From positions 43,733-107,732 of the forward strand of contig CAVUKA010000004.1 of NCBI GenBank assembly GCA_963741945.1: DNA of 64,000 nt, read 5' to 3'. The DNA comes from an uncultured Gemmatimonadales bacterium (GTDB taxonomy: Bacteria > Gemmatimonadota > Gemmatimonadetes > Longimicrobiales > RSA9). The position numbers and the translations under genes are program-made. A model generated the notes under the pieces. That model searched no databases, was not told where the DNA came from, and saw only the letters and a program-made list of their open reading frames with translations. Below, piece by piece: positions 46,202-57,583 of this stretch (the stretch's first letter is position 1; each line of letters begins with the position of its first letter).

Positions 46202-46915
46202 TCACGCCCTCGCGCCCGCCTCGATCTCCTGCAGCGTATCGATCATCTTCTGCGCCGACTCCTCCATGTCGATGACCAGCCGGTCAACCTTCGTCACGAA
46301 GTAGTTGTGCATGATGTTCATCGGGATCGCGATCGTCAGCCCGGCCGCGGTCGTGATCAGGGCGACCTTGATGCCGCCCGCCACCAGCGTGGCCTCCACC
46401 TCGCCCGCCGCCTCGATGTTCTGGAACGCCTGGATCATCCCGATCACGGTTCCGAGGAACCCGAGAAGCGGCGCCACGTTCGCGATCGTCGCGAGCCACA
46501 CCAGCCCGCTCTCGAGCCCGGCCATCTGGATCAGGCCGACGTTCTCGATCGCCTTCATGACACGCTCGGTGCCCTCACCGTGCCGCTCCAGCCCGGCCAG
46601 AAGGATCCGCCCCGCCGGCGTATTGGACTCCCGCGCGGCTTTCAGCGCGCCCGGGACATCCCGCTTCGCCAGCCGCTCATCCACCTCACGCAGCACTTTG
46701 CGCGTGCGCGCCCCCGTGATGCCGAGGTCGATCAGCTTCCAGATAATGACCCCGAGCCCCAGCACGGCGGCCGCGCCCAGCGGCCACATCATCCAGCCGC
46801 CATCCTGCCAGATGGAAACCGCCCACTCCGAGAAGGACAGGTCTGGACCTTCCATTCCCGGAATCTGCAGCATCGCGAGGTTCAGGAACGTGACTCCGCT
46901 CAAGTTCGCCTCCAT
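46202..46915 (-). CDS. MotA/TolQ/ExbB proton-channel family protein
   Basis: Three TM helices with the conserved LATIANVAPLLGFLGTVIGMIQAF segment. 237 aa. Confidence 0.85.
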   Translation of the reverse strand: MEANLSGVTFLNLAMLQIPGMEGPDLSFSEWAVSIWQDGGWMMWPLGAAAVLGLGVIIWKLIDLGITGARTRKVLREVDERLAKRDVPGALKAARESNTPAGRILLAGLERHGEGTERVMKAIENVGLIQMAGLESGLVWLATIANVAPLLGFLGTVIGMIQAFQNIEAAGEVEATLVAGGIKVALITTAAGLTIAIPMNIMHNYFVTKVDRLVIDMEESAQKMIDTLQEIEAGARA

Positions 46916-46985
46916 TCACACAGCTCGAGTCACCCGTCCCTCGGGCGACCAGCGCCGTATCCTACGTTACGGTAAGGGAACGAGC

Positions 46986-47014
46986 AAGGTAGAGAGCACC
47001 TCTCGAGGTGTCAA
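46986..47014 (-). promoter_or_regulatory. Candidate sigma-70 promoter of the ExbB/TolQ gene
   Basis: The minus strand reads TTGACA (47014-47009), a 17-nt spacer, then TACCTT (46991-46986). The -35 overlaps the stop of the upstream ABC ATPase gene. Confidence 0.4.
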
Positions 47015-48060
47015 GACGCAGACGCCGCTCCCCGCTCGTACGACGGTTCCTTGATGCACGCCGCGTAGTGGCCAGGCCCCTTTTCCGCCAGCGGCGGCGT
47101 GATGCGCGCGCATTCGGCGTCCTTCCCTGGATGCGGACAGCGCGGATGGAACGGGCACCCGGACGGCGGGTCGATCGGGCTCGGCACATCGCCCGGCAGC
47201 ACGATTCGCTCCCGCTTCCGCCCCGGCTCCGGCACCGGAACGGCCGAGAGAAGCGCGCGCGTGTAGGGGTGCCTGGGCTCGGATGTCAGCACGCGGGCAT
47301 CCCCCATCTCCACGATCCTGCCCAGGTACATCACCGCCACCCGGTCACTCACGTGCTCCACCACGCTCAGGTCGTGCGCGATGAACAAGAACGCCAGTCC
47401 CAGTCTCCGCTGCAGGTCCTGCAGCAGGTTCAGCACCTGCGCCTGGACGGAGACATCGAGCGCCGAGACCGGCTCGTCGCACACGATGAAGTCCGGTTCG
47501 ACGCTGAGCGCCCGCGCGATCCCCACGCGCTGCCGCTGCCCGCCGCTGAACTCGTGCGGGTAGCGGGTGGCGTAGGATGGCCGCAGCCCCACCAACTCCA
47601 GAAGCTCCTGCACCCGTCGATCCGCGGCCTCGCCCGTCGCGAGGCCATGTACCTTCAGCACCTCCCGGATCGCACCGCCCACGGTCAGCCGCGGGTTCAG
47701 CGATGCGAACGGGTCCTGGAAGATGATCTGCGCCTCCCTCCGCAGCGATCGCAGCCCGTCTTCGTCCATGCCCAGAACATCGCGACCATGGAAGCGCACC
47801 TCGCCCGCCGTGGGCTCCAGCAGCCGGAGGATGGCCCTGCCCGTCGTGGACTTCCCGGACCCCGATTCCCCCACCAGTCCCAGCGTCTCCCCCGGTCCCA
47901 CCCAGAACGTCACGCCGTCCACCGCCTTCACGTGCGCGCTGACCCGGGAGAAGAAGCCGCTCCGGATCGGGAAATACTTCTTCAACCCGCGCACTTCCAG
48001 CAGCGCCCCCGCGGGCCGCTCCTCCTCCAGGCGATGCCCCCCCAGCCAGCTCTCGCTCAC
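47011..48060 (-). CDS. Oligopeptide/dipeptide ABC transporter ATP-binding protein (OppF/DppF-like)
   Basis: GTG 48060 overlaps the upstream stop (GTGA). Walker [10 protein letters not shown], signature FSGGQRQR, Walker [13 protein letters not shown], and the C-terminal oligopeptide-ABC extension (HPYTRALL ... GCPFHPRCP). Confidence 0.88.
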   Translation of the reverse strand: MSESWLGGHRLEEERPAGALLEVRGLKKYFPIRSGFFSRVSAHVKAVDGVTFWVGPGETLGLVGESGSGKSTTGRAILRLLEPTAGEVRFHGRDVLGMDEDGLRSLRREAQIIFQDPFASLNPRLTVGGAIREVLKVHGLATGEAADRRVQELLELVGLRPSYATRYPHEFSGGQRQRVGIARALSVEPDFIVCDEPVSALDVSVQAQVLNLLQDLQRRLGLAFLFIAHDLSVVEHVSDRVAVMYLGRIVEMGDARVLTSEPRHPYTRALLSAVPVPEPGRKRERIVLPGDVPSPIDPPSGCPFHPRCPHPGKDAECARITPPLAEKGPGHYAACIKEPSYERGAASAS

Positions 48061-49118
48061 CGGTCCCCCTCCGCGCCCGGTGATTCCGCCACCCCGGGCG
48101 TCGCCGGGGAGCCCCCGAACCCGCCACCCGCCCGTCGCACCTCTTCCCGCCGCTCCGGCTCGTCCACCAGCCAGCAGCGCGCTTCCTGGGATGCGCCGGC
48201 GCCGAGGAGCGGCGGGTGCTCCAGACACCGCTCCCAGGCGTACGGGCAGCGGTCGTGGAAACGGCAGCCTCGGGGCCACGCCGTCGGCGGCGGCACGGTG
48301 CCGCGGATCATGGCCAGCTCTCCGCCGCGGCGGTCGGGGCGCGGGATCGCGGCCAGCAGCCCCTCGGTGTACGGGTGGGCCGGGTGGGCGAAGATGTCGG
48401 CCACGCGCCCCTCCTCCACCACTTCGCCGGCATACATGACCACCACGCGCTCGCAGGTCTCCGCCACCACCCCCAGGTCGTGCGTGATGAGCATGACGGC
48501 CATGCCGAGCCGGTCCCGCAGCCCCAGCAGCAGCTCGAGGATCTGGGCCTGGATCGTCACGTCGAGCGCCGTGGTCGGCTCGTCGGCGATGAGGAGGTCG
48601 GGCTCGTTGGCCAGCGCCATGGCGATCATCACCCGCTGCCGCATCCCGCCCGACAGCTGGTGCGGGTACTCGTCGACCCGCCGCCCCGGCACCGGTATGC
48701 CCACCAGCTCCAGCAGCTCTATCGCCCGCGCCCTCGCCTCCCTGCGCCCCACCCCCCGGTGCAGGCGCAGCGCTTCACCGATCTGCTCGCCCACGGGGAA
48801 GACCGGATTGAGCGAGGTCATTGGCTCCTGGAAGATCATTGCGATGTCGTTCCCGCGGATCCCGCGCATCTCCCTTGCCGACAGCCGCGTCAGCTCGCGA
48901 CCATCGAACGAGACGCTGCTCCCTTCCTCGATCCGCCCGGGCTCCGGCACCAGGCCCATGATGGAGAGCGATGTCACGCTCTTTCCGCACCCGCTCTCGC
49001 CCACGATGCCCAGGATCTCGCCCTCGCCCACCTCGAAGGACACCCCGTCCACGGCGCGCGCCTCCCCCTCCTCGGTGTGGAAGTAGGTCCGCAGGTCCCG
49101 CACTTCGAGCAGCGCCAT
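48057..49118 (-). CDS. Oligopeptide/dipeptide ABC transporter ATP-binding protein (OppD/DppD-like)
   Basis: ATG 49118 ([13 protein letters not shown]). Walker A GESGCGKS, signature LSGGMRQR, Walker [21 protein letters not shown] ... GCRFHDRCP. Confidence 0.88.
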   Translation of the reverse strand: MALLEVRDLRTYFHTEEGEARAVDGVSFEVGEGEILGIVGESGCGKSVTSLSIMGLVPEPGRIEEGSSVSFDGRELTRLSAREMRGIRGNDIAMIFQEPMTSLNPVFPVGEQIGEALRLHRGVGRREARARAIELLELVGIPVPGRRVDEYPHQLSGGMRQRVMIAMALANEPDLLIADEPTTALDVTIQAQILELLLGLRDRLGMAVMLITHDLGVVAETCERVVVMYAGEVVEEGRVADIFAHPAHPYTEGLLAAIPRPDRRGGELAMIRGTVPPPTAWPRGCRFHDRCPYAWERCLEHPPLLGAGASQEARCWLVDEPERREEVRRAGGGFGGSPATPGVAESPGAEGDR

Positions 49119-50509
49119 CACGACCTCAGCCGCGGATCGAGGGCGTCGCGCAGACCATCGCCCACCAGATTGAACGCGAGCACGGTGACCACCACCGCCA
49201 GCCCGGGGAACGTGGCCACCCACCAGGCGCCAATGAGGTTCTGGCGTCCGTCGGCGACCAGCGTGCCCCAGCTGGGCGTGGGCGGCTGCACGCCCATCCC
49301 CAGGAAGCTCAGCCCCGCTTCCAGGACGATGGTGTTCCCAATCCCGAGCGTGGCGGCCACGATCACGGGCGCCAGCACGTTGGGGATCAGGTGCCGGAGG
49401 ATGATGCGCGCGCGACCGAAACCGAGTGCCCGGGCGGCCTGGATGTACTCCTGCTCCCTTAGGCTCAGCACCTCCCCGCGCACCAGCCGGGCAGTGCCCG
49501 GCCACTGCGTGAGGCCCAGAACCAGGATGATCAGGAGCAGGCTGGGCTTGAACAGCGCGATGATCATGATCAGGAGCACCAGGCGCGGGAACGCCATGAC
49601 CATGTCCGTGAAGCGCATGATCAGCGCGTCCACCTTCCCGCCCAGGTATCCCGCCACTGCGCCGAGGAGCGTCCCCAGCACAACGGCAATCGCCACGGCG
49701 ATGAATCCCACGGCCAGGGAGATCCGTGCGCCGTAGATGATCCGGCTCAGGATGTCGCGCCCGAACTGGTCGGTGCCGAGAAGGTGCGACACGCCGGGCG
49801 CCAGGTAGCTGGTGGTGGTGAGATCGCCCTGCGCCAGCGGGTCGTAGGGCGAGACCAGAGGCGCGAGGAAGGCCACCAGGTACAGGACCACGATGATCAC
49901 GAACCCCGCCAGCGCCAGGCGATTGCGTCGGAAATGTCGCGCCGCGATCGCCCACTGTGAAGCGCCGGCCCCGCCGCCGTCCGCCAGGGCGGCGCGCACC
50001 GCCGCTTCGCGCGACCCCTCGCCGGGTGCCGCGGCCGCGGCGGCGGCTCTCGCCCGGGCGTCGGCCGCGGCCGCATGCCGCAGGTCGCGCAGCGCGCCGA
50101 GCCACACCGCCAGCAGCGCCGCGGCGAGCGTGGCCACCGCCACCCAGTCGTCCAGCGAGCCCGTGGCCGGGGCCGAGGCGATTCCCGCCCGGCCGAACCA
50201 GCCGATGCCGACCAGCGCCCCCCACGCCAGCATGAAGCCGAGGCCGCGCACCGCAGAGCCGATCAGGACGTGCCCGGCCCCTGGCAGGATTACGGAGAGG
50301 ACGACGGCGGCCACGGACGCTCCGCCGGCCGGCGCCTCCTCCGCGGGTGCGGCCGCGTTCGCCGTCCGCATCCCGCCCGCCAGCTCCTCCACCGGCTCCG
50401 GCAGACCGCTCTCCGGATCCGCAGCCCGGCCGGGTCCGTGCTCCCCGGCATCGGCCGGGGGCTCTCCGCCCCCTCGTGGACCTCGCGCCCTGCGCCCGTC
50501 GTCAGTCAT
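49118..50509 (-). CDS. Oligopeptide ABC permease (OppC/DppC-like) with a roughly 185-aa N-terminal extension
   Basis: The C-terminal 280 aa is a normal OppC ([36 protein letters not shown]-loop). The N-terminus adds a disordered acidic/Pro segment plus extra TM helices ([28 protein letters not shown]). ATG 50509 overlaps the OppB stop by 8 nt. Confidence 0.82.
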   Translation of the reverse strand: MTDDGRRARGPRGGGEPPADAGEHGPGRAADPESGLPEPVEELAGGMRTANAAAPAEEAPAGGASVAAVVLSVILPGAGHVLIGSAVRGLGFMLAWGALVGIGWFGRAGIASAPATGSLDDWVAVATLAAALLAVWLGALRDLRHAAAADARARAAAAAAAPGEGSREAAVRAALADGGGAGASQWAIAARHFRRNRLALAGFVIIVVLYLVAFLAPLVSPYDPLAQGDLTTTSYLAPGVSHLLGTDQFGRDILSRIIYGARISLAVGFIAVAIAVVLGTLLGAVAGYLGGKVDALIMRFTDMVMAFPRLVLLIMIIALFKPSLLLIILVLGLTQWPGTARLVRGEVLSLREQEYIQAARALGFGRARIILRHLIPNVLAPVIVAATLGIGNTIVLEAGLSFLGMGVQPPTPSWGTLVADGRQNLIGAWWVATFPGLAVVVTVLAFNLVGDGLRDALDPRLRS

Positions 50510-51485
50510 AACGGATGCGGGGGTCGGCCGCGGCGTAGAGGATGTCGGCCACGAGGGAGCCGAGCACCACGACCATGGCGAAGATGAAGCTGGTGGCCAT
50601 GATCACCGGGTAATCCCGCTGGAAGATGGAATCCACGATCACGCGCCCCATGCCGGGCCAGGAGAAGATCACCTCCACGAACACGCTGCCGCTGAACAGC
50701 AGGGGGAGATACAGGCCGAGCAGCGTGATCACGGGCAGGAGCGAGTTCCGGAGCGCGTGCTTGAACGTCACGATGCGCTCGGGCAACCCCTTCGCCCGCG
50801 CGGTCCGGATGTAGTCCTGGCGGATGACCTCGAGCATCTGGCCGCGCGTGTAGCGGGCGATCCCGGCGGCCATGACCAGCGACAGCGTGAGCACCGGGAG
50901 CACCAGGTGGACGAGGCGGTCGCCGACTTTCCCCCACACGCCCAGGTAGTCGTAATCCACGCTCGTCATCCCCGTGGGCGGCAGCGCGATCGGCAGCCCC
51001 CACTCGTGCGCCTTGAGCGACAGGAGCAGCATGAGCATGAGCCCGAGCCAGAACGACGGCATGGAGTAGAAGAACAGCGACGTGACGCTCAGGATCCGGT
51101 CCGCCGCACGGTGCTGCCGCACCGCCTGCCACACGCCCGTCGTCACGCCCAGCACGAAGATCAGGACCAGAGTGCTCCCCGCCAGGATGAGCGTGGCCGG
51201 GAGCGTCTCCTGCACGATGTTCAGGACGGGGCGGCTGCGTGCGTAGGAGTAGCCGAAGTCGCCCGTGAAGAACGCGGTCAGCCACTTCCAGTAGCGAACC
51301 GCCAGCGGCTGGTCCAGTCCGAAGTTCCGCCGGATCTGCTCGATCACCTCCGGCGGCACGTTCTGGTTGACGTACATGGCCGTGGGGTCGCCCGGGGCGA
51401 GGTTCACCACGAAGAAGATGATGGTGGCGATCCCGAGCACGAGAGGGATGGCCCCGAGCAGCCGGCGAGCGACGTATCGCGCCAT
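50502..51485 (-). CDS. Oligopeptide ABC permease (OppB/DppB-like)
   Basis: MARYVARRLLGAIPLVLGIATIIFFVVNLAPGDP is the canonical OppB N-terminus. EAA-loop YIRTARAKGLPER. Confidence 0.9.
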   Translation of the reverse strand: MARYVARRLLGAIPLVLGIATIIFFVVNLAPGDPTAMYVNQNVPPEVIEQIRRNFGLDQPLAVRYWKWLTAFFTGDFGYSYARSRPVLNIVQETLPATLILAGSTLVLIFVLGVTTGVWQAVRQHRAADRILSVTSLFFYSMPSFWLGLMLMLLLSLKAHEWGLPIALPPTGMTSVDYDYLGVWGKVGDRLVHLVLPVLTLSLVMAAGIARYTRGQMLEVIRQDYIRTARAKGLPERIVTFKHALRNSLLPVITLLGLYLPLLFSGSVFVEVIFSWPGMGRVIVDSIFQRDYPVIMATSFIFAMVVVLGSLVADILYAAADPRIRYD

Positions 51486-51503
51486 GGTCCGCTCAGCCCC
51501 CGC

Positions 51504-53120
51504 TCAGAACGTGGACCACCGGGGCATGCTCTGGAACTCGCCTCTCTGGTCCATCATCACGCCCCTCATGTCGTCGGTGGTACCGGCCAGCTCGTCGAGC
51601 CAGAACATGAACGTGAACGGCTGCACCTCCTGCAGCGTGCGCGTGAAGTCGGCCCAGGTCCGCTTCGCCTCCGCATCCTCCGTTGCCGCCGCCCCCGCCT
51701 CGATGAGGCTGTCCAGCCGCGCGCTCCGGACGCCGCTCCGGTTCGCGCTCCCCGGGACATCCGCCTGGCCGGAGGAGAAGAGCGCGTACGGGGCGGAGGC
51801 CACCTGGAAGTTGTCGAGCACCCAGTTGGTCAGGACGGCGTCGAAGTCGCGGCTCTTGTGCTGCGCCAGCATGGTCTGGAACTCCAGCACCTGGGGCACG
51901 GCCGCCACCCCGATCTCCGCGAGCTGGTTCTGCACCACTTCCACGATGGCCCGGTTCAGCGGCCGCTCGCTGGTCAGCAGCTGGAACCGCAGCGGCGTAC
52001 CGGCCGCATTCTCGCGCACGCCGTCGCCGTTCCGGTCCACCCATCCGGCCTGCTCCAGCAGCTGCCTGGACCGGTCAGGATCGTACGGGAGCGGCTCCAT
52101 CCCGGGATTGAACCGGTGCCACGGCGGGATTGTGCTCGTGGCAGGCTTCCCGTACCCGTGCAGGAGGGCGTCGATGATCTCCTGGCGATTGATCCCCAGC
52201 GTCATGGCACGCCGAACCGTCGCGTCATTGAACGGGGAGCGCTGGTTGTTCCAGCCGATGTAGAAGACCGTGTTGCCCGGGTACGAGCGCAGGCTCGTGC
52301 TCCCCGTTTCCTGGATCCGCTTCACCTGGTCGGGCTGCACGGGGATGTCCACCTGGATCCCATGCGTGATCAGCTCCGTCAGGAGCGTGGCCGGCTCCGG
52401 GATCACGCGGAAGACGATCCGGTCCGCCGCCGGCGCCCCACCGAGCCCCTCCGGGAACGAGTCGTTCGCCACGATCACGAGCCGGTCGTTCGCCCGCCAC
52501 TCGCCGAAACGGAACGGACCGCTGCCCACCGGGTGACGGTTGAATTCGGAGTTCTTCAGCTGCGCCGGCGAGACTCCCTCCAGGATGTGCTTCGGCACCG
52601 GCGCCCACCAGAAGTCCTCCACCGCCTGGGCGTGTGGCCGGGTGAACGTGAAGCGGATGGTGTGCGCATCGACGACGTCCGCCGACTTCACCGATCCCAG
52701 GTACGCTGCGCCGACGAGTGAGCCGGTCTCCGGCGCCTTCGCCAGGTCGAACGTGAACTTCACATCTTCCGCGGTCACGGGTGCGCCATCGTGCCACCGC
52801 ACGTCATCGCGGAGCGCGAAGACGATGGCGGTGTCGCCTTCCAGGGTCCACCCGGCCGCCAGGTACGGCTCCGGCTCGAGCTGGTCATTGTACTGGATGA
52901 GTGGTGTGAACAGCCCGTACTTCAGGATCTGGTCCGTGTCGATGCTCGTGTTCGTCACGGGATTCAGGCCGCTGAAGTCGCTGCGCACCCCCACCGCCAC
53001 CGTGCCGCCGTGCCCGGCGCTGCGGTCTCCGCCACAGCCTGACAGCGCTGCGCTCGCGACGGCGATTGTCGCCACGAAGGCCAGCCGCGCCGTGGTCCCG
53101 GTGCTGCAGTTCCCGCTCAT
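51504..53120 (-). CDS. ABC transporter family-5 substrate-binding lipoprotein (OppA/DppA-like)
   Basis: Lipobox LSGCGG. SBP_bac_5-type sequence (LFTPLIQYNDQLEPEPYLAAGWTL ... VKFTFD ...). First gene of the five-gene operon. Confidence 0.88.
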   Translation of the reverse strand: MSGNCSTGTTARLAFVATIAVASAALSGCGGDRSAGHGGTVAVGVRSDFSGLNPVTNTSIDTDQILKYGLFTPLIQYNDQLEPEPYLAAGWTLEGDTAIVFALRDDVRWHDGAPVTAEDVKFTFDLAKAPETGSLVGAAYLGSVKSADVVDAHTIRFTFTRPHAQAVEDFWWAPVPKHILEGVSPAQLKNSEFNRHPVGSGPFRFGEWRANDRLVIVANDSFPEGLGGAPAADRIVFRVIPEPATLLTELITHGIQVDIPVQPDQVKRIQETGSTSLRSYPGNTVFYIGWNNQRSPFNDATVRRAMTLGINRQEIIDALLHGYGKPATSTIPPWHRFNPGMEPLPYDPDRSRQLLEQAGWVDRNGDGVRENAAGTPLRFQLLTSERPLNRAIVEVVQNQLAEIGVAAVPQVLEFQTMLAQHKSRDFDAVLTNWVLDNFQVASAPYALFSSGQADVPGSANRSGVRSARLDSLIEAGAAATEDAEAKRTWADFTRTLQEVQPFTFMFWLDELAGTTDDMRGVMMDQRGEFQSMPRWSTF

Positions 53121-53147
53121 CCGCTCCTCCCCTGCTCGGCTACGCGC

Positions 53148-54053
53148 TCACCGACGCCACGTCCATTCCCTGGATCCGAATCGCGCGTCCAGGTCACGGG
53201 CACGGCGCTGCTCCTGCACGGTCAGCGCCGCAGGGGCAAGTCCAATGCCGAGCGCCTCTTCGAAGCCGCCGACCACCGCCGCCGCCAGCTCTCCCCACGT
53301 CGGGCGACGACCGAGCTCCGCCGACACCGTGGTCCACGCGATGCTCCCGCGCTGACCCGACAGCAGCAGCTCTTCCGCGGCCGCCTGGCTCCCCCCCACC
53401 AGGATGCTCCCGTGCTGGAGAATGGTTCGACCCTCGGTACGCTGGGCGCTCCCGATCAGCTTCCGCCCCCGTGACACCACCTCCCCCTGTGCCGGCGTCC
53501 GGAAGCACGCCGACAGCCAGTCGTGGCCTTCCGCGCCGGCGCCGCCCGGTCGCGGAGCTCCGGCCAGCGACGCCGCCAGGCCGAGTCGCCGCAGCCCGGC
53601 CACCAGCGCGCCATTGATCAGCCGGTACGCCGCGCGCGGCTTGCCGATCACGCCTACACCGGCGATCACCGCGTACGTCAGCTCATCATCGTGAAGCACG
53701 GCCTGCCCGCCCGTGGGCCGACGCACGAACGCGATCCCGCGCTCGGCCGCGGCCGCCTCGTCATACAGGCCCGCCGCCGGCTGGTTGCGGCCGAACGACA
53801 GCGTGGCCGGATCCCAGCGGTAGAGGCGGAGCACGGGCGGCGCGCCGCCCCGTACGGCCTCGAGGAGGGCCGCGTCCAGTCCCATGTTCGCCGCGCCCGT
53901 TTCCGCGCGCGGGCTCTCGTCCGCTCCCAACCCGACCAGACGCCACTCCGCAGCCGCGCGCGGCCCATCCGGAGCGCGAGCCGCCTCCACCGCGCCCTCC
54001 CCCTCTTGCTCGTGCGCCTGCCCCAACCGTCCTCCCGCGCTCGGCTGACTCAT
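53148..54053 (-). CDS. Lipoate-protein ligase / octanoyltransferase family protein (BPL_LplA_LipB domain)
   Basis: LRLYRWDPATLSFGRNQ ... RRPTGGQAVLHDDELTY ... RKLIGSAQR contains the catalytic Lys context. I chose the ATG at 54053. Confidence 0.78.
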   Translation of the reverse strand: MSQPSAGGRLGQAHEQEGEGAVEAARAPDGPRAAAEWRLVGLGADESPRAETGAANMGLDAALLEAVRGGAPPVLRLYRWDPATLSFGRNQPAAGLYDEAAAAERGIAFVRRPTGGQAVLHDDELTYAVIAGVGVIGKPRAAYRLINGALVAGLRRLGLAASLAGAPRPGGAGAEGHDWLSACFRTPAQGEVVSRGRKLIGSAQRTEGRTILQHGSILVGGSQAAAEELLLSGQRGSIAWTTVSAELGRRPTWGELAAAVVGGFEEALGIGLAPAALTVQEQRRARDLDARFGSREWTWRR

Positions 54054-54151
54054 GATGCCCCGGTGTGCCGGGGCACGGGGCCCCGGTCGGTGGCCGGAAG
54101 CTAAGGGCGGCGCGGGTCGCGGGCTATCGGTCGGCCGCCCATCCGGGAGGG

Positions 54152-54544
54152 CTATGCCATCCGGGCGCCGTGCTCGGCCAGCAGCTCCCGCAGGACGGAC
54201 CGGTGACACCGGCCCTCGTCCTCACAGTAGCAGCCCACCGAGAAGTCAGTGGCATGCGAGAGGGCGGCCAGCAGGTCCAGGTCGTGCCTGGCGGCCGGCT
54301 CCTTCATCTCCGAGCGGTACTTCCGCTTGAACGCAGCCCATTGCGCCGGCGTGTCCGCGGCTTGCGCCATCTTCACCGTTTCCGCGCTCGGGGCCAGGTT
54401 GGGGAACCACACGTCGTACCAGTCCTGCGCCGCGAACTGGTCCTTCGGCACGCCGCGAGGCGGGCGGCGGACCGTCCCGACGCGCACCCCCTCTCCCGGC
54501 ACCCGCGGCGTTCCCAGCCGCACCACTCGTATGCTCATTGCCAT
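54152..54544 (-). CDS. DUF488 family protein
   Basis: 130 aa. RVGTVRRPPRGVPKD ... WFPNLAPS ... F ... Y ... E ... CYCEDEGRCHRSVL is the characteristic DUF488 pattern. Confidence 0.8.
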   Translation of the reverse strand: MAMSIRVVRLGTPRVPGEGVRVGTVRRPPRGVPKDQFAAQDWYDVWFPNLAPSAETVKMAQAADTPAQWAAFKRKYRSEMKEPAARHDLDLLAALSHATDFSVGCYCEDEGRCHRSVLRELLAEHGARMA

Positions 54545-54667
54545 CCCTCCACGACCCGGAAATCAGCGCGCGCGGGTGTGCGCGAGATCCCCAGAGACAG
54601 GCAAAGGGAGATGGCAAAGGCCGGACCCGCCGATGGGCCCGGCCCCCACCTCTCCCGGCCTCGACCG

Positions 54668-57583
54668 CTACACGGCAGCCGGCTCGTATTCCTCCACGGG
54701 CGGGCACGTGCACACCAGGTTGCGGTCCCCGAACGCAGACTGGATCCGCCCGACCGTGGGCCAGATCTTCTGCTCGCGGCCCGGCTCCGGGAACGCCGCA
54801 AGCTCGCGAGAGTACGGCCGGTCCCAGTCGCTGCTCACCACCATGTCCACGGTGTGCGGCGCGCCATGGAGCGGGTTGTTCTCCTGGTCCCACTCCCCGC
54901 TCTCGATCTTCCGGATCTCGTCCCGGATCGCGATCATCGCGTCGCAGAAGCGATCGAGCTCCTCCTTCGACTCGCTCTCGGTGGGCTCCACCATGAGCGT
55001 CCCCGCCACCGGGAAGCTGACCGTGGGGGCGTGGAAGCCGTAGTCCATGAGCCGCTTGGCGATGTCGATGGCGTCCACGCCCGTGGCCGGCTTCAGCGGA
55101 CGTGGGTCGATGATGCATTCGTGCGCCACCGTCCCGTTCCGCCCCGTGTACAGCACGTCGAAATGCCCCTCCAGCCGCTTGGCCACGTAGTTCGCGTTCA
55201 GGATCGCCGTCTTCGTGGCCAGCGTGACGCCCTCCGCCCCCAGCATCCGGATGTACATCCAGGAGATGGGCAGGATGCTCGGGCTGCCGAACGGCGCCGC
55301 GCTCACCGCCCCGATCCCGTGCTCCCCGCCCGTCTTCACCACCGCGTGGCCGGGGAGGAAGGGCGCGAGGTGCTCCGCCACCCCGATGGGGCCCATGCCC
55401 GGGCCGCCGCCGCCATGCGGGATGGCGAACGTCTTGTGCAGGTTCAGGTGCGCCACGTCGCCGCCCCAGTCGCCCGGCCGGCTCACGCCCACCATGGCGT
55501 TCATGTTGGCGCCATCGATGTAGACCTGTCCGCCGTTCTCGTGCACGATCTGGCAGATCTCGCGAATCGCTTCCTCGAAGATCCCGTGCGTGGACGGGTA
55601 CGTGACCATGATCGCGGCCAGCGTGTCCCGGTTCGCCTCGGCTTTCGACCGCAGGTCTTCCACGTCGATGTTGCCGGCCTCGTCCGTCTTCACGACGACG
55701 ACTTCGAATCCGGCCATCACCGAGCTCGCCGGGTTCGTCCCGTGCGCCGACTGCGGGATCAGGCACACGTTCCGGTGCCCCTCGCCGCGCCCCTCGTGAT
55801 AGCCCCGGATCGTCAGCAGCCCCGTCAGCTCCCCCTGGCTACCGGCGTTCGGCATGAAGCTGACCGCGTGGAAGCCCGTGATCTCCGCCAGCCACGCCCC
55901 AAGCTGATCGATCATCTCGTGGTATCCCGCCGCCTGGTCCGCCGGCACGAACGGATGCAGCGCCGCGAACTCCGGCCACGTGATCGGATACATCTCCGCC
56001 GTGGCGTTCAGCTTGAGCGTGCAGGAGCCGAGCGGGATCATGGACCCCGTCAGCGAGACATCCCTGTTCTCCAGCCGCTTCAGGTACCGCAGCATCTCGT
56101 GCTCGGCATGGAAGCCGTGGAAGACCGGGTGCGTGAGGTACGCGCTCGTGCGCTGGAACGGCTCGGGGAAGTGCGGCTCGAGCTCGCCCGCCAGCCCGTC
56201 CATCCACCCCCGCGCGGTGCTGCGGGCGACGGCGTCGCCTTCACCCCCGGCGCCGAACACCTCCACCAGGTCGAGCAGGTCATCGCGCGACACCGTCTCG
56301 TCCAGCGACACGCCGAGCGTGAACTCGTCCACGACCCGCAGGTTGATCCCCTTCTCCTTCGCCGACCTCAGGATGGCGTCCACCCGGCCCTGCCCCACTT
56401 CCACACGCAGCGTGTCGAAGAACGGACGGTGCACGATGGTGTGCCCCAGCTTCTCCAGCATGTCTGCCGCCGCGGCGGTCAGGCGATGCACCCGGACCGC
56501 AATGGCGCGCAGCCCGTCCGGGCCGTGATAGACCGCGTACATGGCCGCGATCACCGCCAGCAGCACCTGCGCCGTGCACACGTTGCTCGTGGCCTTCTCG
56601 CGACGGATGTGCTGCTCACGCGTCTGGAGCGCCATGTAGTAGGCGTCCTTTCCACGGCTGTCCTTCGAGATGCCGATGATCCGACCTGGCATCTGGCGCT
56701 TGAGCTCGTCTCTGGTCGCGAAGAACGCCGCGTGCGGACCACCGAATCCCATGGGGACACCGAAGCGCTGCGTGCTCCCCACCGCCACGTCCGCACCCCA
56801 CTCGCCGGGCGGCGTGAGCAGCGTCAGCGCCAGCAGATCCGATGCGGCCACCACCAGCGCACCGGCCGCGTGAGCCTTCTCCACCAGCGGCCGGTGGTCC
56901 GTGACGGCGCCATCGCCGGCGGGGTACTGGACGAGTACGCCGAAGACATCGTCGCCGATCTCCCACTCGGCCGGGCTCCCCACTTCCACGGTCCAGCCCC
57001 GCGCCCGAGCCCGCGTCCGGACCACGTCCACGGTCTGCGGGAAAACGTCGTCGGAAACGAGAAAGCGGGTGCGATTCCCCTTTGCCGCGGCGTGGCAGAG
57101 CGCCATTGCCTCGGCGGCCGCCGTGGCCTCGTCCAGCAACGATGCGTTCGCCACCGCGAGGCCGGTCAGGTCGCTGATCATGGTCTGATAGACCAGCAGC
57201 GCCTCCAGGCGCCCCTGCGAGATCTCCGCCTGGTATGGCGTGTACGCCGTGTACCAGCCCGGGTTCTCGAGGATGTTCCGCTGGATCACCGGCGGCGTGA
57301 TCGTGCCGTAATAGCCCATCCCAATGTAGGAGCGGGCCACGCGGTTCTTCACCGCGATCGAGCGGAGCTCCTTCAGAGCCTCGTACTCCGAGAGAGGCGG
57401 GTCGAGCTGGAGCGGACGGTCGAGCCGGATCGCCTCCGGCACCGCGGTCCCCACCAGCGCGTCGAGGGTGTCGTAGCCCACCGTCTCCAGCATCTCCGCG
57501 ATGTCGCTCTCGCGGGGTCCCAGATGACGGCGGATGAACAGGTCGGTGTAAGCCAGCGAATGGCGTCTATCTTGGACGGACAT
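54668..57583 (-). CDS. gcvP: Glycine dehydrogenase (decarboxylating), single-chain P-protein
   Basis: 972 aa from ATG 57583 ([23 protein letters not shown]). The PLP-Lys region is [16 protein letters not shown]. Typical GcvP length and order. Confidence 0.93.
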   Translation of the reverse strand: MSVQDRRHSLAYTDLFIRRHLGPRESDIAEMLETVGYDTLDALVGTAVPEAIRLDRPLQLDPPLSEYEALKELRSIAVKNRVARSYIGMGYYGTITPPVIQRNILENPGWYTAYTPYQAEISQGRLEALLVYQTMISDLTGLAVANASLLDEATAAAEAMALCHAAAKGNRTRFLVSDDVFPQTVDVVRTRARARGWTVEVGSPAEWEIGDDVFGVLVQYPAGDGAVTDHRPLVEKAHAAGALVVAASDLLALTLLTPPGEWGADVAVGSTQRFGVPMGFGGPHAAFFATRDELKRQMPGRIIGISKDSRGKDAYYMALQTREQHIRREKATSNVCTAQVLLAVIAAMYAVYHGPDGLRAIAVRVHRLTAAAADMLEKLGHTIVHRPFFDTLRVEVGQGRVDAILRSAKEKGINLRVVDEFTLGVSLDETVSRDDLLDLVEVFGAGGEGDAVARSTARGWMDGLAGELEPHFPEPFQRTSAYLTHPVFHGFHAEHEMLRYLKRLENRDVSLTGSMIPLGSCTLKLNATAEMYPITWPEFAALHPFVPADQAAGYHEMIDQLGAWLAEITGFHAVSFMPNAGSQGELTGLLTIRGYHEGRGEGHRNVCLIPQSAHGTNPASSVMAGFEVVVVKTDEAGNIDVEDLRSKAEANRDTLAAIMVTYPSTHGIFEEAIREICQIVHENGGQVYIDGANMNAMVGVSRPGDWGGDVAHLNLHKTFAIPHGGGGPGMGPIGVAEHLAPFLPGHAVVKTGGEHGIGAVSAAPFGSPSILPISWMYIRMLGAEGVTLATKTAILNANYVAKRLEGHFDVLYTGRNGTVAHECIIDPRPLKPATGVDAIDIAKRLMDYGFHAPTVSFPVAGTLMVEPTESESKEELDRFCDAMIAIRDEIRKIESGEWDQENNPLHGAPHTVDMVVSSDWDRPYSRELAAFPEPGREQKIWPTVGRIQSAFGDRNLVCTCPPVEEYEPAAV

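Noticed and set aside
49893-52721. 942-aa plus-strand ORF
   Set aside because: It is antisense to the oppC/oppB/oppA genes, which have unambiguous transporter motifs. Its composition is R/P/H-dominated.
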